Counted from the first letter of the stretch, positions 19,035 to 29,584 are shown. The stretch is 64,000 bases of DNA from Pseudomonadales bacterium (GCA_040222775.1 JAVKCL010000015.1:162975-226974); one strand, 5' to 3'. Notes: generated from the letters alone by a model not told the origin. Made by a program: numbers and translations.

Positions 19035-20129
19035 GTGAAAAAGTTTCTAATTGGCTTGGCTGTTTTATTGGTTGTGGCGATTATCGCCGGTTATGTTTTT
19101 CGTCAGCCGTTGATGCTTGCCATGATGGCAAGCCAGATTGCACCTGGCCATGACTTCGACTCCGCTCTGGCACCTCCCGCCCCTGACTACGGTGATCCGC
19201 AGTGGTGGGCGGCGCTGCCCACTAAGACCGACCCGGCGGATCAGTTGCCTGCCGGAGTGGAACGTACCCCGTTGGGGGTGGCGGTATTCTTTGTGCACCC
19301 GACGTCGTACTTCGGCCAGGACAACTGGAACCAGCCGCTGCTGCATGAATCTGCCAATTGGGTGGTTGATGAGCGCGTATTGCGTCACCAGGCCAGTGTG
19401 TTTAATGGCTGTTGCGACATCTATGCGCCGCGCTATCGTCAGGCGACCTTTTTTTCGTTTATGGATCAATCGGGCAATGGTGAGCAGGCCCTGGACCTGG
19501 CCTATGGTGATGTAGAACAGGCGTTTCAGCACTTCCTGAGCATGCTGGAGCCCGGTCAGCCGTTTATCATCGCCGGTCATTCCCAGGGATCCAGACACGC
19601 CGCGCTGCTGGTGTCCGAACATGTTTCCGGCACCGAGCTGCAGGACCGTCTTGTTGCCGCCTATCTGGTGGGTTTCGGGGTTACGCGTGATCAGATTGGT
19701 GAAGTGCCGGTGTGTGAGACAGCGACTGAGACAGGCTGTGTACTTGGCTGGAATGCCATGGACGGAGAAGGTGCGGGCGCGTTTGGTGGCAATGAGGGAT
19801 TGATCTGCATCAATCCCTTAAGTTGGCGTGCAGATCTGGAGTATGCCGGTCATGATTTAAATACCGGCGCGATTGGTTTTGCATCCTATGGCCAGGCGGA
19901 AGAGGGCGAGAGAGTGGACGCCATGCCTGTAGAAGTCGGTATTGCAGATGCGCAGTGCCAGGCAGACGGCCAGCTTGCGGTCATGGATCTGCGTTCCACC
20001 GCGTTTCCCCAGCGTATGTTCGGTAACAGCATGCACGTCTATGACTACAGCCTGTACCACTTCAGTGTGCGGGAGAATGCTCTGACTCGCAGCCGTGCCT
20101 GGCTGGCCGCAAATCAGGCGGCGCGCTGA
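19035..20129 (+). CDS. DUF3089 alpha/beta hydrolase, membrane-anchored
   Basis: VFFVHPTSY, YAPRYRQA, PFIIAGHSQGS, CINPLSW and HVYDY, with an N-terminal TM helix. Confidence 0.85.
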   Translation: MKKFLIGLAVLLVVAIIAGYVFRQPLMLAMMASQIAPGHDFDSALAPPAPDYGDPQWWAALPTKTDPADQLPAGVERTPLGVAVFFVHPTSYFGQDNWNQPLLHESANWVVDERVLRHQASVFNGCCDIYAPRYRQATFFSFMDQSGNGEQALDLAYGDVEQAFQHFLSMLEPGQPFIIAGHSQGSRHAALLVSEHVSGTELQDRLVAAYLVGFGVTRDQIGEVPVCETATETGCVLGWNAMDGEGAGAFGGNEGLICINPLSWRADLEYAGHDLNTGAIGFASYGQAEEGERVDAMPVEVGIADAQCQADGQLAVMDLRSTAFPQRMFGNSMHVYDYSLYHFSVRENALTRSRAWLAANQAAR

Positions 20130-20181
20130 AGCTGCTTTCACCCAGCGCTTACAACTTTCCTTCGCTGTGAGAGGGACGAAT

Positions 20182-22512
20182 TCAGTCAGGTAGTGCGTAG
20201 GCGATGACCTTACCACCCTGGCTGGTGTTGGTTCTGCTTTCACCCATCACATCATCTCCTTCGGTGGTCGAGGTGGCTTCACCGGCGACTGTAACGATGA
20301 CGTACTGTTTGCCTGTTGTCGGGCTCACGTAAGTCATGGGGGTTGCATCTGAGCCACTGCGCAATTCATCCTGCCAGACCAGATTGCCACTCAGCGTATC
20401 GATCGCTCGGACCTTGCCGTCTGCCACACCTGCATTGAAGATCAGGCCGCCGGCGGTAACAAACGATCCAGCGGTAGCCGGCAGGCCGATGTCCAGCGGC
20501 CCCAGGCCCTTACGCCAGACGATTTCCTGAGTGGTCAGATCGACCACACCCATTTCACCATAGGGGGGCTTGATGCAGGGTAGCGAAAAGGGCGAGGAAA
20601 ACATCTGCACCCGCGCTGCATAAGGCGTACCCCGCTGGGGGCCACCAATGCCGTAGCCGCGAATAAAGCCGCCGCCCTCTTTGTTGGCGATGAGGTCTTC
20701 TTCGCGCGGAATCATGTTTATAAAAAATGCCAGGTGCAGGTTGTTGACCACCAGCAGTTGCCGTTGTTCATCAACTGCGACGCTACCCCAGTTCATGCCG
20801 CCAGCCGGTCCCGGATAAAGCAGGGTGCCTTGTACTGACGGCGGCGTCATCGGGCCTTCATAACGCAGTTTCTTAAAGGCCGCGCGACAGGCGATCTGAT
20901 CATAGGGGGTGATACCGAACATGTCCTGCTCGCGGAGAATCGGATGGGCAAAGGAAGGCATGCCGGTGGAAAAGGGTTGGGTTGCGCTGGTGCGTTCACC
21001 GGCAATGTCGGTCTGGGGCACGGGTCGCTCGGTAACTTCGGTCAAGAGCTCGCCGGTGGCGCGGTCCAGCACGAACAGCTCGCCCCGCTTGGTGGGTACG
21101 ATGACGGCTTTGCGTCGTTCACCGTCGAGGGTCAGGTCGACCAGAGTCGGCTGTGATGGCACATCGTAGTCCCAGATATCGTGATGGGTGGTTTGAAAAT
21201 GCCAGGCGGTGAGGCCGGTACGGGCATCGATGGCGACAATGGAGCTGGCGTATTTGTCCATCACCGGGGTGCGATGGCCGCCGAAGTAGTCCGGGGTCGC
21301 GTTGCCGGTGGGTACGTACACCAGGCCCAACTCGTCATCCGCGGACATCAGACTCCAGACATTGGGCGTGCCGCGAGTGTAATAGCCGCCTTCTGGTGGT
21401 AGATCTGTCTGGCCTTCACGGCCCATATCCCAGGCCCATAACAGGTTGCCGGTGCGTGGATCATAGCCCCGCACCACCCCCGAAGGCTCTTCGATCTCCT
21501 GGTTGTCGGCCACCCAGCCGCCGACTACCAGTGCGCCACTGGCCACGGTCGGGGGTGAGGTCACGAAATAATACAGGGGTTTGACTTCGCCCATACCCGC
21601 CAGCAGCGAGATCTGACCGTTCTCGCCAAATTCCTCGCAGGGCTCGCCGGTGTGCATATCTACGGCGATCATGCGCGCGTCGGTGGTGGCGGTGTAGATG
21701 CGCTCGGCGCATTGGGTACCCTTCTCGCGCTCGGGAATATGGTAGTAGGTGACGCCGCGACAGTTGCCCAATATGCCGTAGGCTGGCGTGTTGTTGTCCG
21801 GGTCGAAGCGCCAGCGTTCCGTACCGGTATCCGGATCCAGCGCGATCATGATGTTCTGTGAGGTACACAGATACAGGCCGTCTTCAATCTGAATAGGGGT
21901 CGCGCTGAAACGACCGACCTGCCTGGTATCTGCTTCCCAGACCCGTTCAAGATAGGTGACATTGTCGGTGTTGATCTGTTCGTGAGGCGCGTAGCGGGTA
22001 CCAGCCTGATTGCCGCCATAGGCCTGCCAGTCAGCGGGATTCTGCGCTGGCCCGTAGCTGGTGTCTGTTACCGGTTGAACATTGTCACTGACAAAATTCA
22101 CCGTCATGCTGCCCAGGACTGCAAAACTGGCCAGGGCACAGACCACCACCACCGGGGTTTTGAACAGCGGTCTGGTGGCTTCGCCCCACAAGGCCTCGCG
22201 GATTTTGCGGCGGCACATCCACAGCGCGATGAGGCCGATAATCCAGATGCGCGAACCCACCAGCCAGAAATCGGTGCCTGCTTCGTAAACCGCCCAGGCT
22301 AACGTCAGCAGCAGCACCCCAGCATACAGGTAGTAGCCGCTGATCTGGTTGCGCCACAGTTGTATTGCGCTGGCGACCATCAGGATACCGGCTGTGAGGT
22401 AGTAGAAACTGCCTCCCAGGCTGGCCAGCTCAGCGCCGTAGCCTGCCATTGGCAGGCCGAGCGCGGCGATAATTACGGCGGTAATTTTTACCGTCAGGTT
22501 GCGTGCAGCCAT
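20182..22512 (-). CDS. Membrane-bound PQQ-dependent dehydrogenase, glucose/quinate/shikimate family
   Basis: Five N-terminal TM helices, DWQAYGG...RY, CRGVTY, HHDIWDYDVPSQP, GGMNWG and ATPMTY. Confidence 0.9.
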   Translation of the reverse strand: MAARNLTVKITAVIIAALGLPMAGYGAELASLGGSFYYLTAGILMVASAIQLWRNQISGYYLYAGVLLLTLAWAVYEAGTDFWLVGSRIWIIGLIALWMCRRKIREALWGEATRPLFKTPVVVVCALASFAVLGSMTVNFVSDNVQPVTDTSYGPAQNPADWQAYGGNQAGTRYAPHEQINTDNVTYLERVWEADTRQVGRFSATPIQIEDGLYLCTSQNIMIALDPDTGTERWRFDPDNNTPAYGILGNCRGVTYYHIPEREKGTQCAERIYTATTDARMIAVDMHTGEPCEEFGENGQISLLAGMGEVKPLYYFVTSPPTVASGALVVGGWVADNQEIEEPSGVVRGYDPRTGNLLWAWDMGREGQTDLPPEGGYYTRGTPNVWSLMSADDELGLVYVPTGNATPDYFGGHRTPVMDKYASSIVAIDARTGLTAWHFQTTHHDIWDYDVPSQPTLVDLTLDGERRKAVIVPTKRGELFVLDRATGELLTEVTERPVPQTDIAGERTSATQPFSTGMPSFAHPILREQDMFGITPYDQIACRAAFKKLRYEGPMTPPSVQGTLLYPGPAGGMNWGSVAVDEQRQLLVVNNLHLAFFINMIPREEDLIANKEGGGFIRGYGIGGPQRGTPYAARVQMFSSPFSLPCIKPPYGEMGVVDLTTQEIVWRKGLGPLDIGLPATAGSFVTAGGLIFNAGVADGKVRAIDTLSGNLVWQDELRSGSDATPMTYVSPTTGKQYVIVTVAGEATSTTEGDDVMGESRTNTSQGGKVIAYALPD

Positions 22513-22523
22513 GTTGGGTCCCC

Positions 22524-23465
22524 TTAGTCCGCGAGCAGTGTTTCGAGTTTTTCCTGATCGGCGGCGAAATTGCGTATGCCTTCCGCCAGTTTTTCCGTGG
22601 CCATGGCGTCTTCGTTCATGGCCCAGCGAAAGGCGTTTTCGTCGAGTTCAGTCTTAGCCTCAGACTCTGTTCGGGTCGGATCCAGTCGGCGGGGCAGATC
22701 ACCCTCATCTTCGGCCAGTGCCTGTAACAATTGCGGGCTGATGGTGAGGCGATCGCAGCCGGCCAGGGCTTCGATTTCGCCGGTGTTGCGGAAGCTCGCG
22801 CCCATGACCACGGTCTGATAACCGTGTTGCTTGTAATAGTTGTAGATGCGACGCACGGACAGGACCCCGGGGTCGCTTTCTGCGTCGTATTCCTGGCCGG
22901 TGTGATTCTTATACCAGTCGAGAATACGGCCGACGAAGGGCGAGATGAGATACACCCCGGCATCGGCACAGGCGGCCGCCTGAGAAAAGCCGAACAGCAG
23001 AGTGAGATTACAGTTAATGCCTTCGTGCTCCAGTTGCTCCGCGGCACGAATACCTTCCCAGGTGCTGGCGATCTTAATCAGTACCCGCTCGCGTGGGATG
23101 TCGTTGTCGGCGTAAAGGGCGATCAGACACTTCGCCTTGGCGATGGTGGCTTCGGTGTCGAATGACAGACGGGCGTCCACTTCAGACGAGACCCGGCCGG
23201 GTATGACCCCGAGAATATCTGTGCCGATGGCCACCGCCAGCTTGTCACTGCAGTTGTTGAGCATTTCGCTGGAACTGCCACCTGCTTCTCTGGCCCAGGC
23301 TTTGGCGGCAGTGACGTGTTCGGCGTACTCCGGCAATACGGCTGCTTTCAACAGCAGTGAAGGATTGGTCGTGGCATCCTGCGGCTGGTACTGGCGAATC
23401 GCGTTCACATCGCCGGTGTCGGCAACGACATCAGTCATTGCCTTGAGTTGTTCTAGCTTATTCAA
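22524..23465 (-). CDS. tal: Transaldolase
   Basis: [25 protein letters not shown] (Schiff-base Lys), [14 protein letters not shown] and MGASFR. Confidence 0.96.
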   Translation of the reverse strand: MNKLEQLKAMTDVVADTGDVNAIRQYQPQDATTNPSLLLKAAVLPEYAEHVTAAKAWAREAGGSSSEMLNNCSDKLAVAIGTDILGVIPGRVSSEVDARLSFDTEATIAKAKCLIALYADNDIPRERVLIKIASTWEGIRAAEQLEHEGINCNLTLLFGFSQAAACADAGVYLISPFVGRILDWYKNHTGQEYDAESDPGVLSVRRIYNYYKQHGYQTVVMGASFRNTGEIEALAGCDRLTISPQLLQALAEDEGDLPRRLDPTRTESEAKTELDENAFRWAMNEDAMATEKLAEGIRNFAADQEKLETLLAD

Positions 23466-23537
23466 GTGTGATCACCCCCCGATGAGTGGGGCGATTGTAG
23501 CAAGCACAGCGGCAAAGCTATAGCTGACTATCGTGAT

Positions 23538-24278
23538 CTATGCTCCGCGATGACGGCGGTAAATTTCGTTCACCCAGGCGACCCCCGGGTGGTCGGTAAA
23601 CTGGCTGACCACATCCGTGACCCGTTGTGGCAGCGGTTGGGGTCGCTTCATATCCGGATGATCCACGCTGGCCACCGGCGCGAGCAAAGCTGCTGCGGTG
23701 AGGTCGGCAACGCTGAACTGCTCGCCCACCAGGTAGCCGGTGGCGCTGGTCTGCTCGGCGACCCGGTCCAGCATGGCGAAGGTGGTAGCGATGCAGCGTT
23801 CGATATTCCCGGGCGTAGTGACGCCATTGCGCTTGGCGATCAGACCGCGTGCCAACGGAAAGGTGACGCGATAGGCCGTACGTTGCAGTAGTCCCTTGCT
23901 GCCCGCAAACATGCGGCACAGATAGCCACCTTCTTCGACCAGCGCTGAGAAAATCACGGTGCGGGTCGCGGGGCCCAGGTCCTGGTCAAATTCGGCCTGC
24001 AGCGCCAGCGCCTGATTGCGCGCGTCGGTATCTTGCGGATAGAGAGCCGGGGTGGCGTATTCGCGCTCCAGTAGATCGATGATGGCGGCAGATCCAGCCA
24101 CATATTCGCCGTCCCGCTCCAGCACCGGGGTCTGTGTTTGCCCGGATATTTTCTTGATGGCAGGCATATGCGGTCCGGGCAGATAGGTTTGGCGTTGGTG
24201 AGAAACGTTTTTGAAGTCCAGTGCCCAGCGGGCCTTCTCGTTGAAGTGGGAATAAGCGAATTGGTGCAAAACGGTCAC
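23538..24278 (-). CDS. Glutathione S-transferase family protein
   Basis: SHFNEKARWALD, TPVL...GSAAII and YLVGEQFSVADL. Start trimmed to the GTG at 24278. Confidence 0.85.
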   Translation of the reverse strand: MTVLHQFAYSHFNEKARWALDFKNVSHQRQTYLPGPHMPAIKKISGQTQTPVLERDGEYVAGSAAIIDLLEREYATPALYPQDTDARNQALALQAEFDQDLGPATRTVIFSALVEEGGYLCRMFAGSKGLLQRTAYRVTFPLARGLIAKRNGVTTPGNIERCIATTFAMLDRVAEQTSATGYLVGEQFSVADLTAAALLAPVASVDHPDMKRPQPLPQRVTDVVSQFTDHPGVAWVNEIYRRHRGA

Positions 24279-24371
24279 GAGCGCCCCCAGCAGGATGTAA
24301 TATGTCACGGATCATACTATTGTATTAGATTACGGTCGACATTTAATAAGTATCAGCTGAAGGAAAGATAG

Positions 24372-24974
24372 ATGGCGCGCTACTCACGTGAACACAAAGC
24401 ACAATCCCGGCAGCGGTTGATTGAGGCGGCGGCCTCGCTGTTTCGCAAGCGCGGCTATGACGGTGTGGGTGTGGATGAACTGTGTGGGGCAGCGGGACTC
24501 ACACGCGGGGCTTTTTACGGCCACTTTGACAGTAAGGCCGAACTGTTGAGTGCAGTGCTGGGTGGTGCCCATGACTTCGTACGGCGTCTGCGCGCCCGCA
24601 CTGCGACGACGTATAAGGGTCTGCGTCGGCAAGCTGTGGACATCGCCCAGGACTATCTGGCGCCCGGAAATCGTCGCGCGGTGATCAGCGGGTGTTCCAT
24701 CGCCGCCCTGGCCATCGATGCAGCCCGTGGCGATGACAGGGCGCAAAAAGAATATGCGCAGGCGGTCAGCGCGGTGCTCGAAGAAATGGATCGGCTGGGG
24801 GATAATAGCGCCGCGGCGGGTAATCGAGACGCGGCGCGTGATCCAGATGCGGCGCGTGCCGCGCTGGCGCTGTGCGTTGGCGGACTGCTGATCGATAACG
24901 CCTGCGGCAAAAACCGCATCGGGCAGCAGGTCGCCCGCGCCGCACAGAAAGAAGTGGCCAGGCTGCTGGCGTGA
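24372..24974 (+). CDS. TetR/AcrR family regulator, divergent from the GST gene
   Basis: LFRKRGYDGVGVDELCGAAGLTRGAFYGHFDSK. Confidence 0.9.
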   Translation: MARYSREHKAQSRQRLIEAAASLFRKRGYDGVGVDELCGAAGLTRGAFYGHFDSKAELLSAVLGGAHDFVRRLRARTATTYKGLRRQAVDIAQDYLAPGNRRAVISGCSIAALAIDAARGDDRAQKEYAQAVSAVLEEMDRLGDNSAAAGNRDAARDPDAARAALALCVGGLLIDNACGKNRIGQQVARAAQKEVARLLA

Positions 24975-25030
24975 GCGACAGTGCTGTCGATAGTTGCTAA
25001 TGTAGGGCAGCAGGAAGTGGAGGAAAAGTT

Positions 25031-25489
25031 ATGGCATTACAAGATTTGACACCGATCAATGATCAGCTGGCTGACATCATCGTGCGTGCAGATGAACCCT
25101 GGATCGAAACCGAGCCTGGCAAGGCCTGGATGAAGGTACTGTGGACCGGCCCGGAGACCGGCCGCTGGGCAGCGCTGTTCCGCTGGAGCAAAGGCTACAC
25201 GGCTGCGCCACACAAACACCTTTCTGACGCCCACACCTATGTGCTGAAAGGCAAGCTGCAGGTCCGCGATGGCGTGCTGAACGCTGGCGATTATGACTAT
25301 GAGCCCAACGGCGTCTTACACGGCGCCACCGTGGCCCTGGAAGATACTGAATATCTGTTTATCTGCGAGGGTCCGGTGCTGTTTTATGACGAAGACGGTC
25401 TGACCAGCTACTTAGGCTGGGAGGAACTGGCCCGTATCAAAGCGGCGGCAGAGCAGGGCGCAGATACCGCGCTGGAAGTCTCGGCCTGA
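25031..25489 (+). CDS. Cupin (ChrR-like / 2,4'-dihydroxyacetophenone dioxygenase family)
   Basis: PHKH...YVLKG...AGDYDYEPNGVLH. Confidence 0.75.
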   Translation: MALQDLTPINDQLADIIVRADEPWIETEPGKAWMKVLWTGPETGRWAALFRWSKGYTAAPHKHLSDAHTYVLKGKLQVRDGVLNAGDYDYEPNGVLHGATVALEDTEYLFICEGPVLFYDEDGLTSYLGWEELARIKAAAEQGADTALEVSA

Positions 25490-25855
25490 TCAACCACCGG
25501 CCAGCTTGACGTTAAATCCGGCGGCTTCCAGCAGCGTTTTGATCTTGTCACGATCCGCACTCTGGATCTCAATGGTGTCGTCGCGGACGGTGCCGCCCAC
25601 GCCGCACCTGGACTTCAGTTGTTTGGCCAGTTGCGCCAATGCCTGAGGGTCCAGCTCCAGCCCCTGGATCAAGGTTACGCCTTTGCCTTTGCGGCCCTTG
25701 GTTTCGCGATGCAGACGCACCACACCGTCGCCACTCTGTTTCAGCGTGGGATGTCTGGTTTTACACACGCACTGCGCCAGGGGGCGCTGACATCCGGGGC
25801 AGATTCGGCCACCGTCGGTGCTGTATACCCGGGTGGTTGGGGAAACTTTCTTCAT
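25490..25855 (-). CDS. yciH: Translation initiation factor SUI1/YciH
   Basis: VYSTDGG, GDGVVRLHRETKGRKGKGVT, LKSRCGVGG and IEIQ. Confidence 0.9.
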   Translation of the reverse strand: MKKVSPTTRVYSTDGGRICPGCQRPLAQCVCKTRHPTLKQSGDGVVRLHRETKGRKGKGVTLIQGLELDPQALAQLAKQLKSRCGVGGTVRDDTIEIQSADRDKIKTLLEAAGFNVKLAGG

Positions 25856-25960
25856 CGGCGCATTATAGGCTAAGCCGCTACACAGGCTAAGCCCTCAGCT
25901 CGGTTCGACCCGTTGAACCGGGTGCTGTAGGCTTACGGGTTTTTCCAGTTCAGGAGCAGC

Positions 25961-27505
25961 ATGGACAATCCCTTGAAGGGCGAGCGGGCGGCGAATATTG
26001 ACTGGTTCATTTTCATCGCCAGCACCGTCATCATCGTGGCGGTCTGTATTCCGCTGGGGCTGTACCCGCAAGCTGGCGCGCACGTACTTAACGACGCCTT
26101 TGTTTATGTCACGGAAGAACTTGGCATCGTCTACATCCTGTTCAGCATGGTGGCCCTGGGTTTCCTGCTTTATCTGGCTTTTTCACGCTTTGGCGATGTC
26201 GTGCTCGGTGGTAGTGGCCGACCTGAGTTTTCCAATTTCAGTTGGGCGGCGATGCTCTTCTGTGGCGGCATCGGCACCAGCGTCCTCTACTGGGGTACCA
26301 TCGAATGGGCACACTATTATCAGTCTCCCCCTATGGGTCTGGTGTCGCGTTCGCCTGACGCATTGCAATGGGCCTCGGCTTATCCGATCTTTCATTGGGG
26401 TTTTACCGGCTGGGCGTTGTATTGCCTGCCGGCCGTTGCGGTGGCCTATGCCTATCACGTTCGTGGCGTACCCTCGCTAACGTTGAGTGCCGCTTGTGAA
26501 CCGGTCATTGGTGTCTGGTCGCGGCGTCTGCCTGGTCGCGTGATTGATCTCACCTATACCATCGGTCTGATCGGCGCCTGCAGTACCGGCATCGGGCTGG
26601 CTGTGCCGCTGATCGCGGCTTGTCTGGGCTGGATGTTTGGTCTGGCCGACACCTTCATGCTCAAAGTGGTGGTGATCAGCGTGGTGACCGGGGTTTTTGT
26701 GATCAGTGTCTGGGTGGGTCTGGAGCGGGGTATAAAGCGGCTCAGCAATCTCGCGGTGTGGCTGGCCTTTGGCCTGCTGGCCTTTATCCTGATCACCGGG
26801 CCCACCGTCTATATTCTGGAGTATGGCACAACCACGTTTGGTTTCATGTTACAGAACTTTGTGACCATGAGTACCTGGACAGACCCTTCCGCGGGTGCAG
26901 ATTTTGTAGAATCCTGGACCGTTTTCTACTGGGCCTGGTGGTTGGCGCTGGGGCCCTTCATGGGCATCTTCATTACCAAGATTTCCGCCGGGCGAACCAT
27001 TCGACAGGTGATCCTGGGCTCGCTGGGCTATGGCACCCTGGGCACAACCCTGTTTTTCATTGTGCTGGGCAACTACGCCGTTCATCTGGAACTCAATGGG
27101 GGGCTGGCCGTCCTGGATACCTTATCGAATCGCGGTGCTGCCACCGCCGTGGTCGATGTCATTGCTTCGCTGCCGTTAAGTGCTGTTGTTGTTCCCGTAT
27201 TCTGTCTGGTGTGCATTATTTTTGCTGCCACCAGCTATGACTCCGCTTCTTACACCCTGGCCTCGTCAACCACGCGCGCGCTGCCCCGAGAAGCGCACCC
27301 GGCGCGTTGGAACCGGGTGTTCTGGGCGTTTGCGTTGGGTCTGTTACCGATCACGCTGATTCAGATCGGGGGGCTGCGACCGCTACAGTCTGCGGTAGTC
27401 GCGGTGAGTGTGCCACTGCTGCTGGTGACCACCATGATGACCGTGGGCTTGTGGAAAAGTCTGCATGAGGATGAGCAGCGCCAGATGGCGCTGGATCAAG
27501 GCTGA
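25961..27505 (+). CDS. BCCT family (betaine/carnitine/choline) transporter
   Basis: PEFSNFSWAAMLFCGGIG, FHWG, WTVFYWAWW and ISAGRTIRQ. Confidence 0.92.
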   Translation: MDNPLKGERAANIDWFIFIASTVIIVAVCIPLGLYPQAGAHVLNDAFVYVTEELGIVYILFSMVALGFLLYLAFSRFGDVVLGGSGRPEFSNFSWAAMLFCGGIGTSVLYWGTIEWAHYYQSPPMGLVSRSPDALQWASAYPIFHWGFTGWALYCLPAVAVAYAYHVRGVPSLTLSAACEPVIGVWSRRLPGRVIDLTYTIGLIGACSTGIGLAVPLIAACLGWMFGLADTFMLKVVVISVVTGVFVISVWVGLERGIKRLSNLAVWLAFGLLAFILITGPTVYILEYGTTTFGFMLQNFVTMSTWTDPSAGADFVESWTVFYWAWWLALGPFMGIFITKISAGRTIRQVILGSLGYGTLGTTLFFIVLGNYAVHLELNGGLAVLDTLSNRGAATAVVDVIASLPLSAVVVPVFCLVCIIFAATSYDSASYTLASSTTRALPREAHPARWNRVFWAFALGLLPITLIQIGGLRPLQSAVVAVSVPLLLVTTMMTVGLWKSLHEDEQRQMALDQG

Positions 27506-27541
27506 GGCGCTGGATCAAGTGAGGCGCTGGTTCTGGGCTGA
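27487..27541 (+). repeat. Degenerate triplication of the BCCT stop-codon region
   Basis: ggcgctggatcaaggctga / ggcgctggatcaagtga / ggcgctggttctgggctga. Confidence 0.8.
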
Positions 27542-27558
27542 GGGTCTAAAGCGCCGGT

Positions 27559-28173
27559 TTAATCCCAGCGGTCGAAGCGCATGACTTCTTTGACCGGCCG
27601 GCGCGAAACCGGCCCGAACTTACCCAGCGGGTAACCCACCGGAATCAGGCACAGGGCGGCGAAAGTTTCCGGCAGCCCCAGCACTTCACGCACCTCATCC
27701 TGATCGCGCAGGGCCAGCGTGGTCGGTGCGGCGCCGAGGCCGGCGGCCCGGGCGGTGAGCAGCAGGTTCTGAATGCCGGGCCAGACCGAGCCTGCGCTGC
27801 GGTAGACCTCGAGGCCGGATACCTGTTCCGGATAATCAAAGCAGGCCACGATCAATGCCGGAATTTCGTGCATGTGGTCCATCTGCCAGACCACGGCATC
27901 CAGCATGCGCTTCTGCTTATCAGTGCTGGGATTCTCCAGCGATGGCGTAATGTAAGGCAGTGCGTGTTTGCGATTGAGATCTGCCAGTTTCTGTTTCTGT
28001 GCCGGATCCCGCACCACCAGCCAGCGGGCCTTCTGCGAATTTGATCCTGAGGGTGCCTGATTGGCAGCGTCGATCAGTTCAATCAGTATTTCTTCGGGCA
28101 CTTCACGTGTGTCCAGCCGACGCATGGCCCGGCAGTTGTAGATCGCTTCTTTAAGACTCATATCCTCAGACAT
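27559..28173 (-). CDS. Nitroreductase family protein
   Basis: RAMRRL, QAPSGSN, QNLLLTARAAGLG and IPVGYP. Confidence 0.88.
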   Translation of the reverse strand: MSEDMSLKEAIYNCRAMRRLDTREVPEEILIELIDAANQAPSGSNSQKARWLVVRDPAQKQKLADLNRKHALPYITPSLENPSTDKQKRMLDAVVWQMDHMHEIPALIVACFDYPEQVSGLEVYRSAGSVWPGIQNLLLTARAAGLGAAPTTLALRDQDEVREVLGLPETFAALCLIPVGYPLGKFGPVSRRPVKEVMRFDRWD

Positions 28174-28229
28174 GGTGGCTCCTTTATTAGTTACTGATAT
28201 TTTTGAGTGTCGGATGCCGGCAGCAGCAG

Positions 28230-29018
28230 TTAAACAACCGGCGACATGCCGCCATCCACATTGATGGCAGTACCGGTCACGTAGCTCGCCGCGCCTGAAC
28301 AGAGAAAGGCAATGACGTCGCCCGCTTCCGACGCTTCACCCACGCGCCTCATGGGAATCATGCGGTTGAACACGCCGTAGTGTTCTTCCAGGGTCAGGTC
28401 GGGATTTTCCTCGCGGGCTTTCTGCCAGCGCAGTTCGTGCTGGCGGCTTTTCAGAAAGCCGACACAGACAGTGTTGACCCGCACGCCGTCTTTGGCGAAT
28501 TCGCTGGCCCAGGTTTTGGTCAGTGAAATACCCGCTGCACGTGACAGCGCAGTGGGCTGTGAGCCTGGTCCGGGTGCCTTACCACCAGGTGTGGTGGTGT
28601 TGCAGATGCTGCCGCGGGTTTTACGCAGGTGGGGCAGCGCATGGCGGGTGCAATAGATCGCCCCTTTTACTTTGAGTCCGAAGTCGTCATCCAGCTGTTC
28701 GTCTGTCATTTTGTCAAAACGCGCGGCTGATGAGGTGCCGGCGTTGTTGATCAGCATGTCAATCCGCCCCCAGCGTTCGACTACAGTTTCCATCAGTCGC
28801 TTGACTGATGCTTCATCCCGTACATCCGTGGCAATGCCGATCACTTCCTGGCCCGAACGGGCGCTGATTTCGGCGCTGACCCGGTCCAGGTCAGCCTGGG
28901 TGCGTGCGGCGATGGCCACCCGGGCACCTTCCATGGATAAGCGCTCGGCGGCAGCGCGGCCGATGCCTTCACTGCCGCCGGTGATGACGGCAACTTTGTC
29001 AGCAACATGTAAGTCCAT
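28230..29018 (-). CDS. SDR family oxidoreductase
   Basis: ITGGSEGIG, LINNAG, VRVNTV and SYVTGTAINVDGG. The YxxxK motif is atypical (TALSR). Confidence 0.88.
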   Translation of the reverse strand: MDLHVADKVAVITGGSEGIGRAAAERLSMEGARVAIAARTQADLDRVSAEISARSGQEVIGIATDVRDEASVKRLMETVVERWGRIDMLINNAGTSSAARFDKMTDEQLDDDFGLKVKGAIYCTRHALPHLRKTRGSICNTTTPGGKAPGPGSQPTALSRAAGISLTKTWASEFAKDGVRVNTVCVGFLKSRQHELRWQKAREENPDLTLEEHYGVFNRMIPMRRVGEASEAGDVIAFLCSGAASYVTGTAINVDGGMSPVV

Positions 29019-29035
29019 TGATTACTCCTTAAGGG

Positions 29036-29488
29036 TTAATGCCAATCCGGGTTGTTGTTCCCCAGCGCGCCGGCATCACTGCCGTTACGCGCGGGTGGTC
29101 GACGCTTCAGCAGGTCCGGATCAGTCATGTGGTGCTGCAGCCGTTGGCGATAAACCTGATATTTTGCCATCTGGCTGGCGGTCAGAAAAACAGCCACCTT
29201 GTCATCCAGTTTATTCAGTTCGCGGTTGACGGTGGTTTTGATACGCCGCTTCAGGTGAGTCGTATTGTTAGCCCGCAACAGCCTGCGGGTGCGTTTTCCC
29301 AGCGCATCGAGGGTCTCGGTCAACGCGGTCCTGAACTGCGCCTGCTGGGTGTCGTCCAGTTGCATGTCAAGGGCCGCCTGCAGCACATCGGTCTGCAGCC
29401 AGGCTGGTCGTTGATCAACGTCGTCAGCGGCGTGAGCGGACAATCCACTCAGTCCGGCGAGTATCAGCGCGAACAGGATGAAAGGCAT
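29036..29488 (-). CDS. Hypothetical secreted helical protein
   Basis: Signal peptide MPFILFALILAGLSGLSAHA followed by a predicted helical body. Start trimmed to the ATG at 29488. Confidence 0.6.
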   Translation of the reverse strand: MPFILFALILAGLSGLSAHAADDVDQRPAWLQTDVLQAALDMQLDDTQQAQFRTALTETLDALGKRTRRLLRANNTTHLKRRIKTTVNRELNKLDDKVAVFLTASQMAKYQVYRQRLQHHMTDPDLLKRRPPARNGSDAGALGNNNPDWH

Positions 29489-29584
29489 GGCGGGTGGCGT
29501 GTAGCGTGTAGGATCGAAAGCACATACTACACCAGTTAACCGTTGGCGAAAGCTGAGTGACTGTTGGACGATACGAATCAACCA

